Assembly: GCA_036012755.1 (NCBI GenBank)
Contig: DASCPX010000027.1
Span: forward strand, 256,001-320,000
Direction of reading: 5' to 3'
Source of the DNA: Myxococcota bacterium
GTDB lineage: Bacteria; Myxococcota_A; UBA796; CAJQPC01
Length of the DNA stretch: 64,000 nt
The number at the start of each line of letters is the position of its first letter. The first letter of the stretch is position 1. The position numbers were made by a program, and so were the translations under genes. Below, piece by piece: positions 47,993 to 58,189 of the stretch. The notes beneath the pieces are model-generated. The model was not told the origin of the DNA, searched no databases, and worked only from the letters and a program-made list of their open reading frames with translations.

Positions 47993-50158
47993 CTAACGCG
48001 CTACGCGGTCCACACTGATGACGCCCCGGATCTTCTCGAGGCGGCGGATCAGCCCGGTCAACTCCGCGACGTCGGTGACGCCGATCTCCAGGTCGCACTC
48101 TGCCTTGTCGTCGCCGACGACCTGGACGTTCGCCGCCGAGATGTTGATGCCGGCGTCGGTGCAGGTCTTCGTGATGTTGGCGAGCAGCCCCGGACGGTCG
48201 ACGCAGATGAGCCGGATGCCGCTCATGTGTTGGACGCCCTCGACCTTGGAGTCCCACTGGACGGTGATGCGCCGCTCCGGCTCCAGCGCCAGGAGCTGTG
48301 GGCACTGGCGGCGGTGCACGCTGATGCCGCGGCCGCGGGTGATGTAGCCCCGCACGGGCTCCCCAGGCAGCGGGTTGCAGCACTTGGCGAAGGAGACCAA
48401 CACGTCCTCTTCGCCGTCGATGAGCACAGGGCTGACGCTTCGGCGCCGGATCCGACTGAGCAGGCGCTCCAGCGCGCCGGCCTCCTTCTCGTCCCGCTCG
48501 CTCTCCCAGTCGTAGTCCGGGAGCAACTCGCGGACGTGGCCGGTGATCGGGGAGTGGCCTTGCGTGATGTCGATGAACAGCGACTCCGCGTCGCGGAAGC
48601 CGTGGCTCTTGCACAGCCGCTTCAGCGCACCGCTCTTGACTACGGCGTTCAGGCTCGTCCCCCGCTTCTTGAGCTCGTTCTCGAGGACCTCGCGCCCCAG
48701 GCGCGCCCCGGTCCGCCGCTCCTCCTGGCGCAGGAACTTCCGGATCCGGCCGAGGGCCCGAGAGGTCCGCGCGACGTTGAGCCAGTCTCGCCGAGGGTGC
48801 TGGTTCTTGCCGGTGATGACCTCGACCGTGTCACCGCTCTGAAGCCGGTACTCCAGCTTCACCATCTTGCCGTTGACCTTGGCGCCGGTGCAGGTGTTGC
48901 CCACCTCGGTGTGGACCGCGTAGGCGAAGTCCAGCGCCGTCGCCCCCCGCGGGAACTCGATCACGTCGCCCTTCGGGGTGAAGACGAAGACCTCGTTGTG
49001 GAACAGGTCGAGCTTCACGGCCTCCATGAACTCGTCCGGATCCTCGACCTCGCGGGCGCTCTCGAAGACCTCTCGCAGGCGGCTGATCTGGTTGACGGCG
49101 GCGGCGGACAGCGCGAGGTGCCCTTCCTTGTAGCGCCAGTGGGCGGCCACGCCGCGCTCGGCGATCTCGTGCATGTCGGTGGTGCGGATCTGGACCTCGA
49201 AGCGGCGCCCCTCGGGCCCGAACACCGTCGTGTGGAGGCTGCGATACCCATTGCTCTTGGGCATCGCGATGTAGTCCTTGATGCGGTCGGGTACGGGCTG
49301 GAAGAAGGCGTGCACGTAGCCGAGGGTCCCGTAGCACTGGGTGATGTCGGGCACGATGACCCGGAACGCGAGCAGGTCGTGGAGCTGCTCGAACTCGACC
49401 TTCTGGGTCTGCATCTTGCGGAAGATGCTCATGAGGTGCTTGGCCCGACCGGTGATGGACTCGGGCTTGACGCCGCGCCTCAGGAGCTCTCGCTCCAGGG
49501 TACCCGTGACCCTGCCGATGTAGGCCTCGCGGCTGTCCCGGGTCTCGTCCAACTTGGCGACCAGCTCCGCATGGACGCGCGGATGCAAGTGCTCGAGGCA
49601 GTGGTTCTCGAGCTCCACCTTCCAGGGCGTGAGCCCGAGCCGCGCCGCGAGCGGGGCGTAGATGTCGAGGGTCTCTTGAGAGATGCGGGCCTTCTTGTGG
49701 TCCGGCATGGAGCCCAGGGTCCGCATGTTGTGGAGCCGGTCGGCGAGCTTCACCAGGATCACGCGGACGTCCTGTGACATCGCCACCATCATTTTCCTGA
49801 AGTTCTCAGCCGCAGCCTCTTCCTTGCTGCGGAACTGGAGCTTCGAGATCTTCGTGACCCCGTCGACGAGGTCGGCGATGACGTCCGAGAAGGTCTCGGC
49901 GATCTGCTCCTTGGTGACGAAGCAGTCTTCGAGGACGTCGTGCAGCAGGGCCGTGGCGACGGTGTCGACGTCCATCTTCTGCCCGACGAGGATGCCGGCG
50001 ACGGCCAGCGGATGGGTGAAGTAGGCCTCTCCTGACTTGCGCGACTGGTCCTTGTGGGCCTTCGCCGCGTAGAAGTACGCGCGCATCACGACGTCGAGGT
50101 CGGCGTCGGGTGCGTAGACGGAGATGTCGTCGAGGATATCGTTGAGGCGGAGCGCCAC
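47993..50158 (-). CDS. spoT: Bifunctional (p)ppGpp synthetase/hydrolase (Rel/SpoT)
   Basis: H..Q.RKSGE.Y..HP, LHDVLED, KLADRLHNMRTL, KDYIA.PK.NGY.SLHT, EVQIRT, TGS, CC.P, ACT. Confidence 0.96.
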   Translation of the reverse strand: MALRLNDILDDISVYAPDADLDVVMRAYFYAAKAHKDQSRKSGEAYFTHPLAVAGILVGQKMDVDTVATALLHDVLEDCFVTKEQIAETFSDVIADLVDGVTKISKLQFRSKEEAAAENFRKMMVAMSQDVRVILVKLADRLHNMRTLGSMPDHKKARISQETLDIYAPLAARLGLTPWKVELENHCLEHLHPRVHAELVAKLDETRDSREAYIGRVTGTLERELLRRGVKPESITGRAKHLMSIFRKMQTQKVEFEQLHDLLAFRVIVPDITQCYGTLGYVHAFFQPVPDRIKDYIAMPKSNGYRSLHTTVFGPEGRRFEVQIRTTDMHEIAERGVAAHWRYKEGHLALSAAAVNQISRLREVFESAREVEDPDEFMEAVKLDLFHNEVFVFTPKGDVIEFPRGATALDFAYAVHTEVGNTCTGAKVNGKMVKLEYRLQSGDTVEVITGKNQHPRRDWLNVARTSRALGRIRKFLRQEERRTGARLGREVLENELKKRGTSLNAVVKSGALKRLCKSHGFRDAESLFIDITQGHSPITGHVRELLPDYDWESERDEKEAGALERLLSRIRRRSVSPVLIDGEEDVLVSFAKCCNPLPGEPVRGYITRGRGISVHRRQCPQLLALEPERRITVQWDSKVEGVQHMSGIRLICVDRPGLLANITKTCTDAGINISAANVQVVGDDKAECDLEIGVTDVAELTGLIRRLEKIRGVISVDRVAR

Positions 50159-50184
50159 CGGTCACCGTGCGAGGCCCGGCAAGG

Positions 50185-50211
50185 AACTTAGCACCGGGTC
50201 GTAGGAGTCAA
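50185..50211 (-). promoter_or_regulatory. Possible promoter for spoT
   Basis: TTGACT-N15-TAAGTT with an extended -10 TGn. Confidence 0.35.
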
Positions 50212-50229
50212 AGCCCTGGACAAGCGGAT

Positions 50230-50895
50230 CTACGGAGTTTTCTGTCCGGCCGGCGTGCCCGCCGCTGGTCTCCCGCACATCGCCTGGACGAGGCCCTCCC
50301 GGCGGCACCGCCTCTGGAACTCGGCGAGGAAGACCGCCTGGAAGCAGCGATGTGCCGTGTCGAGGTCGTCGTTGACCACCAGGTAGTCGAAGTCCCCGCA
50401 GTGGCCGACCTGGTCCATCAGCTGGGCCATGCGGGAGGCGATGATCTCTTCGCTGTCGGTGCCGCGACTCCGCAGACGATCCTCCAGCGCCGCCAGGGAG
50501 GCGGGCAACACGAAGATCGTCACCGCGTCCGGGAAGCTCCCCCGCACCTGCGCGGCGCCCTGCACGTCGATGTCGAGCACCACGCTCCGGCCCTCCGCCA
50601 GCGCTGCCTCGACAGGCGCACGGGGCGTCCCGTAGCGGTTGTCATAGACCCTGGCCCACTCGAGCAGGGCCTCGTCGGCAAGCAGCCTGTCGAAGCCCGT
50701 CTGCCCGACGAAGTGGTAGTCGACACCCTCTTCCTCGCCGGCTCGCATCGAACGGGTCGTCGCGGAGACCGAGAACTCCACGCCGGGGATCTCGACAAGG
50801 GCCTGACGCAACAGGGTGGTCTTGCCGGAGCCGCTAGCGCCCGTCACCACGAACAGCACCCCGGTGTCGGGCCCTTGCCAGCGCAGCATCGCCAT
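50230..50895 (-). CDS. gmk: Guanylate kinase
   Basis: GASGSGKTT, SVSATTR..R.GE..GVDYHF, YGTP, LDIDVQGA. Confidence 0.96.
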   Translation of the reverse strand: MAMLRWQGPDTGVLFVVTGASGSGKTTLLRQALVEIPGVEFSVSATTRSMRAGEEEGVDYHFVGQTGFDRLLADEALLEWARVYDNRYGTPRAPVEAALAEGRSVVLDIDVQGAAQVRGSFPDAVTIFVLPASLAALEDRLRSRGTDSEEIIASRMAQLMDQVGHCGDFDYLVVNDDLDTAHRCFQAVFLAEFQRRCRREGLVQAMCGRPAAGTPAGQKTP

Positions 50896-51765
50896 CTACT
50901 CGACGTTCGCGACCTGCTCGCGGATGCGCTCGAGGGTCGACTTCATGTCGACGACGAGCGCAGACACCGCGTGCTCGGCTGCCTTGGACCCGATGGTGTT
51001 GATCTCGCGGTTCATTTCTTGCGCGAGGAAGTCCAGCCGCCGGCCGATCGGTTCGGGGCGGCCCAGGGCCGCGAGGAACTGCTTGTTGTGGGACTGGAGC
51101 CTCGCGAGCTCCTCGGCGACGTCGGCCTTGTCCGCCAGCACAGCGGCTTCCTGGGCGAGGCGGTCCGGATCGACCCGGTCCCCGACGAGCTTGTTCAGGC
51201 GATCCATCAAACGCAAGCGGAGCCGCGCCGCGACTCCATCCGCCTCCAGCGCGACCTTCTGGCGGAGATCATCGATCTCGCCGACGAGGTCCGTCAGCAC
51301 CCTGCGCATGGCCTCGCCTTCCTTCTCCCGCATCTCGGTGAGGTGCTTGGCCGCGGCGATCAGCGCGGTCTCGAGGACGTGCCACTCCCCCGTGACGTCG
51401 AGAACCTGCTCCACCGTCACGAGCACACCGGGGAGGCCGGCGAGGAAGGCGAGGTCGACCTCCGCCTCGACTCCGAGCGACCGCGCGAGCTCGCTCAGGG
51501 AGCTGTGGTAGGTCTCGGCCATCGCCTTGTCGACCATCACACCCATGCCGCCCTGGCGGGCGACCCGGCGCACGAAGACATCGATCCTGCCGCGCCCGAA
51601 GCGGGGCTTCAGCGCGGTGGCGATCCGCGGCTCAAAGGCCATGTACTCACGTGGGCAGCGCAGCTGCAGGTCGCGGAAGCGGTTGTTCACCGACTTCATC
51701 TCGACGGTGACGGTGACGCCCTCGCCGCTGGCCTCGCCCCGGCCGAACCCGGTCATGCTGTTCAT
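50896..51765 (-). CDS. yicC: YicC/YloC family endoribonuclease
   Basis: MNSMTGFGR, KSVNNRF, EE..RL..H, GRRLDFL.QEMNREINTIGSK, IREQV.NVE. Confidence 0.95.
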   Translation of the reverse strand: MNSMTGFGRGEASGEGVTVTVEMKSVNNRFRDLQLRCPREYMAFEPRIATALKPRFGRGRIDVFVRRVARQGGMGVMVDKAMAETYHSSLSELARSLGVEAEVDLAFLAGLPGVLVTVEQVLDVTGEWHVLETALIAAAKHLTEMREKEGEAMRRVLTDLVGEIDDLRQKVALEADGVAARLRLRLMDRLNKLVGDRVDPDRLAQEAAVLADKADVAEELARLQSHNKQFLAALGRPEPIGRRLDFLAQEMNREINTIGSKAAEHAVSALVVDMKSTLERIREQVANVE

Positions 51766-51802
51766 GGCCGCGTCTTAACGCGCCGCCTCGAGGGCGCCTC
51801 GC

Positions 51803-52729
51803 TCAGCAATCGCCGCTGTCGCCGTCGGAGCAGGTGTAGACGCAGCTGTCGTCAGCGCCGTAGGTCAAGTCGCAGGTCGTGCCATCACTGAAGGTCCACA
51901 GCCCCGTGCCCGAGCCGTCGTAGTTGCGCTCGGTGTGGACGTCGGCGTAGGGCTCCTCGCTGCCCTCGGCGACCGTGTAGTCCTCGACGGTGAAGCCGTT
52001 CTTCGCGACGTCGGTGGTGCCGATGTAGACGTAGTTGCTGTCCTTGTGGACCTGACTCCACTCCTGGGTCTCTTCTCCCTTGGAGTTCGTCCGGGACCAC
52101 GAGTCGTAGGCGATCGTGTCGCCGTCGTAGCTGACGTTCCGAACGTAGGCGAGCTCGGAGGTCCACTGGCCCCAGGCGCTCTCGATGCCGCTGCCGACCT
52201 CCGTCTCGGCGCTCCACTCGACCTTGTCGTCGCTGACGATGTCGTAGGCGACCTCGTACTGGGGGTAGCGTGGGAGGCTGCCGTCATCCTCCTCCCAGCG
52301 GTACTTGATCCAGCCCTTGCAGCCCATGCGCTCGTCACGGCGAACATAGGTGACGGTGTTCCCGAGGACGTCCTCCTCCGTGATCTTGGCGCGGACGTCG
52401 AGGTTGCCGTTGGTGTAGACCGTCCCGTAGTTGCCGAACTCCGCGATGGTCCGCTTGCTCACCATGTAGCTGTCGTTGGTGTACTCGACCGTGTAGTCGA
52501 AGTTGCCGCTGCGGGTGCTGTAGCTGCCCTTCACGGAGCGGACGTTGGCGGGCTCGTAGTCGAAGTCCCAGGCGTAGGTGGCCTCCGCCCCCTCTTTCGG
52601 CTCGCCGCGGTCCACGTACAGGGCGAGGTCGTCGAACCAGCCGAACACGTCGTTGTCACAGCGTATGTTGCTGTCGAGGAAGTTGCCCCCGACCTCGGGG
52701 TTGCAGGCCATTGCGAGCAGGACGAACAT
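51803..52729 (-). CDS. Hypothetical beta-rich lipoprotein
   Basis: GGAG SD; MFVLLAMAC; rich in Y/D/T; four C-terminal Cys. Confidence 0.75.
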   Translation of the reverse strand: MFVLLAMACNPEVGGNFLDSNIRCDNDVFGWFDDLALYVDRGEPKEGAEATYAWDFDYEPANVRSVKGSYSTRSGNFDYTVEYTNDSYMVSKRTIAEFGNYGTVYTNGNLDVRAKITEEDVLGNTVTYVRRDERMGCKGWIKYRWEEDDGSLPRYPQYEVAYDIVSDDKVEWSAETEVGSGIESAWGQWTSELAYVRNVSYDGDTIAYDSWSRTNSKGEETQEWSQVHKDSNYVYIGTTDVAKNGFTVEDYTVAEGSEEPYADVHTERNYDGSGTGLWTFSDGTTCDLTYGADDSCVYTCSDGDSGDC

Positions 52730-52749
52730 CGTGTCTCCAAGCGTCTGGA

Positions 52750-54237
52750 TTACAGACGGCGCCGTCGACTCGCAAGGGCCACCAGGCGGCTCGTCTGGCT
52801 GGCGCTGAGCCCGAAGGCGGAGACGAGGTCTTCGTCGTCGCCGTCGAGCCAGCCGGACGGAACCGGCAAACCCTTGATAACGTTCGGATACAGGTCAAGG
52901 CGCGCGCCGCCTTCGATCCGGAGCAGGCCGTCGACGAGGGGGCTCCTGAGAAGGGTCAAGAGTCTGTCCAGATCCATGTCCTCCATGGGCCGGACCACCG
53001 TGAGCGTGTGCCCGGCGTAGAGACCCTCCAGGTCGATCACCGCGCGGACCGGGTGGGGACCGCGCAGACGCTGGACGAGGATCTTGGGTCCCTCGAAAAG
53101 CGCCGGACGCTTCGCTCGGTGCATCTGTCGGGGTCGATAGTCGAGCCAACGCCGCCTCCCCTCCAGCAGATCCCTCGCGTCCACGTAGGGCACGCGTCCC
53201 CCGCCAGGCTGGTCGCTGAGCAAGCGCGCCTTGCCTCCCTTCGGCCCATGGGCGACCACGCCGGTGTCGACCTCGCACAGCGTCCCGAGGGTGACCGCGT
53301 GCCTCCGCATGTGTTCGACCAGGCCAGGGTCGCCGTGCTCCAGCGCGCGGTCGAGGGGGGCGTTGTCCAAGGCCAGGAGCTCGCCCGCCTCCATGCGCGG
53401 GTCCCAGGGCATCGGCGCGGGACCCTCGCCGATCGCCCAGGTCGCGAGGACGACCTCCACGCCAGCCCCCTCGAAGGGCGTGGGGCTCGACAGCTCCATG
53501 AGGCGGTGGCTCGCGAGCCAGCGCCGGCGCAGCGCCGCGGCATATGGCTGACTGGCCAGGGAGCTCGGCAGCACCAGGGCCGCCCGTCGAGTCGCGAGCT
53601 CCACCGCGTGGGCCAGGAAGGGCACGGCCAGGTCGAAGCGACCGCGAAGCCAGTCGAAGCGCTCCGAGAGGCGCGCGCGCAGCACCTTGTCCTGGTGCTC
53701 GGCGGAGACGAAGGGCGGGTTGCAGAGCACCACCTCGGCGCCCTCGTCCCGCTCGAAGGCACTGCAGCGCTCGAGGTGGGCCTCCGGCACGGCGACGCTG
53801 GCGACGGCCAGCGCTGCCTGGTCGAGGTCCCAGCCCCTGATCCGGCTGGCTCCTGCTTGCTTCGCGGCGAGGAGGAAGGCGCCGGGACCACAGGCGGGGT
53901 CCAGCACGTCGTCTCCGCAGGCGCGAGCGAGCCCACGTGCCATCTGCCGGGGAGTGTCCCAGGCACCCCGACGCTTCCGCCCCGCCAGATCGAGCACCGG
54001 GAAGGGCTCGCCAGCGGAGAAGACCGCCACGGCGCGCGCGCTGTCGGGCTTCAGGCGCTGGAGGCGCTCACCCACGCCGGTGTCCATATCGAGGACGACG
54101 ACCTGCGCACGAGCCAGGGCGCCGGCCACCTCCACGACCCTCCAGGGGTCATCCGCGAGGAGCTCCGCGGCCGCACGACAGGCGATGGTGTGGTCGCCGT
54201 CGTAGACCTCTCGCCACCGGGAGAGCGCCCTACGCAT
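52750..54237 (-). CDS. Gamma-class N6-adenine DNA methyltransferase (TaqI/Eco57I-like), apparently orphan
   Basis: VLDPACGPGAFL (motif I), GWDLD, LCNPPF (motif IV), F.GA.VE, C-terminal TaqI-C-like region (LFEGPKILVQR); ATG 54237. Confidence 0.8.
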   Translation of the reverse strand: MRRALSRWREVYDGDHTIACRAAAELLADDPWRVVEVAGALARAQVVVLDMDTGVGERLQRLKPDSARAVAVFSAGEPFPVLDLAGRKRRGAWDTPRQMARGLARACGDDVLDPACGPGAFLLAAKQAGASRIRGWDLDQAALAVASVAVPEAHLERCSAFERDEGAEVVLCNPPFVSAEHQDKVLRARLSERFDWLRGRFDLAVPFLAHAVELATRRAALVLPSSLASQPYAAALRRRWLASHRLMELSSPTPFEGAGVEVVLATWAIGEGPAPMPWDPRMEAGELLALDNAPLDRALEHGDPGLVEHMRRHAVTLGTLCEVDTGVVAHGPKGGKARLLSDQPGGGRVPYVDARDLLEGRRRWLDYRPRQMHRAKRPALFEGPKILVQRLRGPHPVRAVIDLEGLYAGHTLTVVRPMEDMDLDRLLTLLRSPLVDGLLRIEGGARLDLYPNVIKGLPVPSGWLDGDDEDLVSAFGLSASQTSRLVALASRRRRL

Positions 54238-55243
54238 GCGCCGCGAGGACCCCCTGCACCTGGTCCTCGAGGCTGAAGTGGGCCAGCACGTGCTCTCGAG
54301 CCCGCGCGCCTTTGTCGTCGTCCGCAAAGGCTCGGCGGAGAGCCTCGGCGAGCGCCCCGGCGTCTCCGGGTGGAACCCGCCAGCCCACCTCGTCCGGCAC
54401 CAGCTCCTCGAGCCCCGGCAGCGTCGTCGTCACGACCGGGAGACCTGCGCACATCGCCTCCATCATGGCCACCGGGAGACCGTCACGGTCGCCGTCGGGG
54501 GCCTCCAGGCAAGCAAGGGCGAAGACCCGCGACCGGGCTTGGAGCTGCCGGATGGTCGCCTTGTCGACGGCCCCGAGACCACCGAGGCGCTCCGTGCCCG
54601 GACCCGCGAGGAGCAAGGAGACGCCAGCCAGTTCCGCGGCCTCGACCAGCACGTCGAGGCCCTTCTTCGGTACGTCGCGAGCGACGCAGAGCACATGCTC
54701 ACCCCCGGTCACACGCGGCCAGTCAGAGGCCCTGACCCCACAGTGGACCACCCGGGCCGTGACCCCGTACCGCTGTTGGATGAGCTCGCGGTTGTGACGG
54801 CTCACGGTGAGCACGGCGTCAGCTTCGGCGAGGACCTCGGCCAGAGCGGGGCGCGGCTTGAAGAGATCGGCGGCGTGCACGGTCACGGCGTAGGGCGTCC
54901 CCCGGACCTGCCTCGCCAACAAGGCCCACTCGGCAGCCTCGCCCGCGAAGTGGCAGTGGACGCGCTCGTCCGCCTCGAGCTGATCGACAGCCCAGAGGGC
55001 CTTCAGCACCTGCTTGCTGCGCTGGTGGCCGGAGAGCCAGGTCGGCAGCCGCGGCAGGTAGCGCAGGAGGCTGGCGTAGCCCGGGGGACGGAGCACCTCC
55101 CAGTCGGGTCCCTCCCCTTGTTCCCGGCTCCCGATGGCGACGCAGCGCACCCTGTGGCCGAGAGCCGAGAGCGCGCGAGCCTCCTCGTAGACGAAGGTCT
55201 CCGTTGTCGTCGGGTAGTAGCGCAGGAAGTACGCGAGCTTCAC
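54230..55243 (-). CDS. GT4 glycosyltransferase
   Basis: YP..TETF, HCHFA, VTVHA.D, KKGLDVL, DGLPVAMMEAM..GLPVV. Confidence 0.9.
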   Translation of the reverse strand: MKLAYFLRYYPTTTETFVYEEARALSALGHRVRCVAIGSREQGEGPDWEVLRPPGYASLLRYLPRLPTWLSGHQRSKQVLKALWAVDQLEADERVHCHFAGEAAEWALLARQVRGTPYAVTVHAADLFKPRPALAEVLAEADAVLTVSRHNRELIQQRYGVTARVVHCGVRASDWPRVTGGEHVLCVARDVPKKGLDVLVEAAELAGVSLLLAGPGTERLGGLGAVDKATIRQLQARSRVFALACLEAPDGDRDGLPVAMMEAMCAGLPVVTTTLPGLEELVPDEVGWRVPPGDAGALAEALRRAFADDDKGARAREHVLAHFSLEDQVQGVLAAHA

Positions 55244-56376
55244 GCCAGCGTGCCGGCGAGCACCGCCTCCAGCTGCCGCGCGCGGCTCTGCCAGCTGCGC
55301 AGCCGACGACGCCGAACCGCCAACCGCCGATCGGGATCCGCGGCCCGCAAGGTCGCGCCCAGGAGTGAGTGAACGTCCCCTGGCCGGTAGAACTCCGTGC
55401 TCTCGGGCCCGAGCACCTCGCGAATCGTGGGCAGATCGGCGGCGACCAGCGGGACGCCGACCGCCAGGTAGTCCCAGAGCTTCAGGGGGTTGGCGAGGTG
55501 GGCACCGAAGAGGTTGTCGTCCAGGCAGATGACGGCCGCGTGCCAGCGCGCGACCCTGTCCGGGATCTCGGCATAGGGCAGCTCGCCGACGAGCCGCAGC
55601 GATGGTCCCAGGTGGCCCAGGGCGGAGCGCTCCTCGCTGCTGCCGCCGAGGATCTCGAGGGTCCAGCCATCCGGCAGCAGGCGCGCCAGGTCGCTCAGGA
55701 TCGACACGCCCTTGAAGCGCCGCAGCGAGCCCGCGTAGCCCACCACGCGCTCGGCCCCGGGCAGGTGGTTCCTCACCCTTCTGGGGTTGGTGGCGTTGTG
55801 GACCACCGCCCGGTTCGGCGGGAGGACCTCCTTTCCGTGGACCTGCTCGAGCAGGCTCAAGGTGCCCGCGCAGTTCGTCACCAGGCCGTCCACCTCTGCG
55901 AGCAGGCGGCGCTCGAGCTTCAGCCAGTCCTGCGGTGTCTCCCCCCGCGTGATGGCGAGCTGGCTGTCGACCTCGTGGGCCTCCATGACGACGGGAGGCC
56001 CGAAGGGCAGCACGAGGTACTCGTCGATGTAGCGCTTGGCGCGGCCCATGATGACGCTGTTGTCCGCGTGCTCACGGGTGCTGTTCCAGATCCAGAACAG
56101 GGCGTGCTTGCGGAACCAGAAGCTCACGGCGGCGGGAATGCTCGTGGGCGCCAGCTTCAAGTCCAGACCCTCCACCGGCGGGAGGTCGTACCAGGCCAGG
56201 ACCTCCTCGACGGTGGGCAGCTCCTCGACCGGCATCCTGTCCCGAGGCGGATCAGCCAAGAGCGTCACCTCGTGGCCGAGGGAGGCCAGCCCGTGGCAGG
56301 TCCCGAGGACCTGGATGGACTGCGCCCGCGTGCTCGGCAGCCGGGGCCGGTAGAGGTGGAGGATGCGCAGCTTCAA
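55240..56376 (-). CDS. GT4 glycosyltransferase
   Basis: A.SIQV, EAH, YAGSL..FKGV, NPLKLWDYLA.G.P.VA.DLP. Confidence 0.85.
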   Translation of the reverse strand: MKLRILHLYRPRLPSTRAQSIQVLGTCHGLASLGHEVTLLADPPRDRMPVEELPTVEEVLAWYDLPPVEGLDLKLAPTSIPAAVSFWFRKHALFWIWNSTREHADNSVIMGRAKRYIDEYLVLPFGPPVVMEAHEVDSQLAITRGETPQDWLKLERRLLAEVDGLVTNCAGTLSLLEQVHGKEVLPPNRAVVHNATNPRRVRNHLPGAERVVGYAGSLRRFKGVSILSDLARLLPDGWTLEILGGSSEERSALGHLGPSLRLVGELPYAEIPDRVARWHAAVICLDDNLFGAHLANPLKLWDYLAVGVPLVAADLPTIREVLGPESTEFYRPGDVHSLLGATLRAADPDRRLAVRRRRLRSWQSRARQLEAVLAGTLA

Positions 56377-57380
56377 CAGAGCGTCTCCAACACGACCGCT
56401 GCCGCGTTCTCCGGACCGTGCTCCGCCTTGACCCAGGCGTGGGCCTCGAGCCCCCTCGCGCCGCTGGAGAGCCAGGTGCGGATGGCAGCGGCAGAGCCCG
56501 CCGCGTCGTCCGGGTCCTCCAGGATCAGTCCCGCCACCTCCGGCACGCCGCCCACATCGCAGCCGATCGCCGGGACTCCCCGGGCGCTGGCCTCGAGCAG
56601 CGCGAGCCCGAGGCCTTCAGCGCGGAGTCCATCTGCGTCGACGCGGGGCAGCAGCATGCAAGCCGCCTTGCCCCGCAACAGCTCGAAGACGCGCCGTCGA
56701 TCGACCCGACCGTGGAAGGTCACGCTGTCGCCTGCCTGCGCTTCCAGCTCTTCGCGGGCAGGACCGTCTCCGACGACATCCAGGGGCCAGCCGAGCGCAG
56801 CGGCGATGCCGATGGCCCTGTCGACCCCCTTGAGCGGGTTGAGGCGCGCCACGACGATCAGTCCCGTCCCGGGCGTTCCGGGCACGTCGATGGGCAGCGG
56901 CATCGGCAGGACTCGCGGTTCGCCGCCATGGCCCGCGACGAGATCACCGAGGAAGGAGCTGACCGAAAACAGCGCGCGCGCACCGTTCATCGCGCGGCGC
57001 AGTCCCCGGGGGGTGCGCCGGAGCGAGGTGAGCTCGGAGCCGTGGAAGGCCACGCCGAAGGGCACGCCACGATGGTGGAGGATGGGCGCCAGGAGCTCGG
57101 CCAGCTTCCAGGTCGCGAAGATCACGCGATCGGTGGCCCCGACCATGGGGTTCACCTGCGGAACGACCCAGACCCCCTGCCACCGGCCCCAGCTTCGGCC
57201 CCGCATGCGCAGGACCGGGAAGGGCAGGATCCTGTCGTACTCGGAGCTCGTGCCCGTGTACTTCGCGTGGACCACGACCTTCTCTCCGGCGGCGACCAGC
57301 GCGCGGGCGAGATCCTCGCACCAGGACGCGAGTCCACCGTCGAAGTCAGGCGGGAAGTCGAGCGTGACGAGATGGATCAT
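56373..57380 (-). CDS. GT4 glycosyltransferase
   Basis: DFPP..GG, HGSE, VARL...KGVD, EGLGLALLEA.A.G.P.I; ATG 57380 in ATGA overlap. Confidence 0.88.
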   Translation of the reverse strand: MIHLVTLDFPPDFDGGLASWCEDLARALVAAGEKVVVHAKYTGTSSEYDRILPFPVLRMRGRSWGRWQGVWVVPQVNPMVGATDRVIFATWKLAELLAPILHHRGVPFGVAFHGSELTSLRRTPRGLRRAMNGARALFSVSSFLGDLVAGHGGEPRVLPMPLPIDVPGTPGTGLIVVARLNPLKGVDRAIGIAAALGWPLDVVGDGPAREELEAQAGDSVTFHGRVDRRRVFELLRGKAACMLLPRVDADGLRAEGLGLALLEASARGVPAIGCDVGGVPEVAGLILEDPDDAAGSAAAIRTWLSSGARGLEAHAWVKAEHGPENAAAVVLETLC

Positions 57381-58189
57381 CGACAAAGTTCAGCGATCGC
57401 CTCGGCGACCTGCCCGACTCCTATCCCGGTCATGCAGGCGTGGTCCCCGATGGCGCAGTGCGGCCCGCCATGCCGCGAACACGGTCGGCAGGGCATCTCC
57501 AGCTCGAGCGCCCGGCCCGGGTGGCACCAGAACCCGTCGCCCGAGGAGGTCGGCCCGAACAGCCCGACGACGGGCACGCCCAGCGCCGCGGCGAGGTGCA
57601 CCAGCCCGGTGTCACCACCCACGACGACCCGGCAGCCGGCCAGCCCCTCGAGCGTGCGGTCGAAGCCCTCCTCGATGCAGGCATCGCCAGGCAGCTCCAG
57701 TCCATCGTCCGGGTGGCCGAACACGACCACCTCGTCCAGGCGCTCGGCCAAGGCCTCCCAGTGCGGCCAGCGCTTGGTGGCGTGGGCCGCACCGGGAACC
57801 AGGCCGATGCGCGCAAAAGAGCGCTCCACAGGGATCCACGGGCGCGGGGAGGTGGCTACGCGCGCGGCCTCGGCGTAGCGCTCCACCACGAGCGGGATGG
57901 GTCCGCCGGACTTGAGCGCGACGCGACGCCAGCGCGCCCAGCGGTGCATCCGGACGCGCTCCGCGGTGGGCCAGCGCAGCCAGGTCCACGGCGATGACTG
58001 GAGGTCTACGACCCGGTCCACGGCCGGGAGATCCTCGCGCCTGCTGACGACGACCTCGACTCCGGGAAAGCGCCGTACGAGCTCCGCGTACCGCGGCTTG
58101 GTGAAGAACACGACGGGAGCCAGCGCCGCGGTGATCGACGAGGCGAGCACGACGTCTCCCAGGGAGCTCAGCCGGATGACCAGCGTCAC
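57377..58189 (-). CDS. GT9 (heptosyltransferase-like) glycosyltransferase
   Basis: GTG 58189; VIRLSSLGDVVL, PGAAHATKRW, DTGLVHLAAALG.P.V.LFGPT. Confidence 0.88.
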   Translation of the reverse strand: MTLVIRLSSLGDVVLASSITAALAPVVFFTKPRYAELVRRFPGVEVVVSRREDLPAVDRVVDLQSSPWTWLRWPTAERVRMHRWARWRRVALKSGGPIPLVVERYAEAARVATSPRPWIPVERSFARIGLVPGAAHATKRWPHWEALAERLDEVVVFGHPDDGLELPGDACIEEGFDRTLEGLAGCRVVVGGDTGLVHLAAALGVPVVGLFGPTSSGDGFWCHPGRALELEMPCRPCSRHGGPHCAIGDHACMTGIGVGQVAEAIAELCR

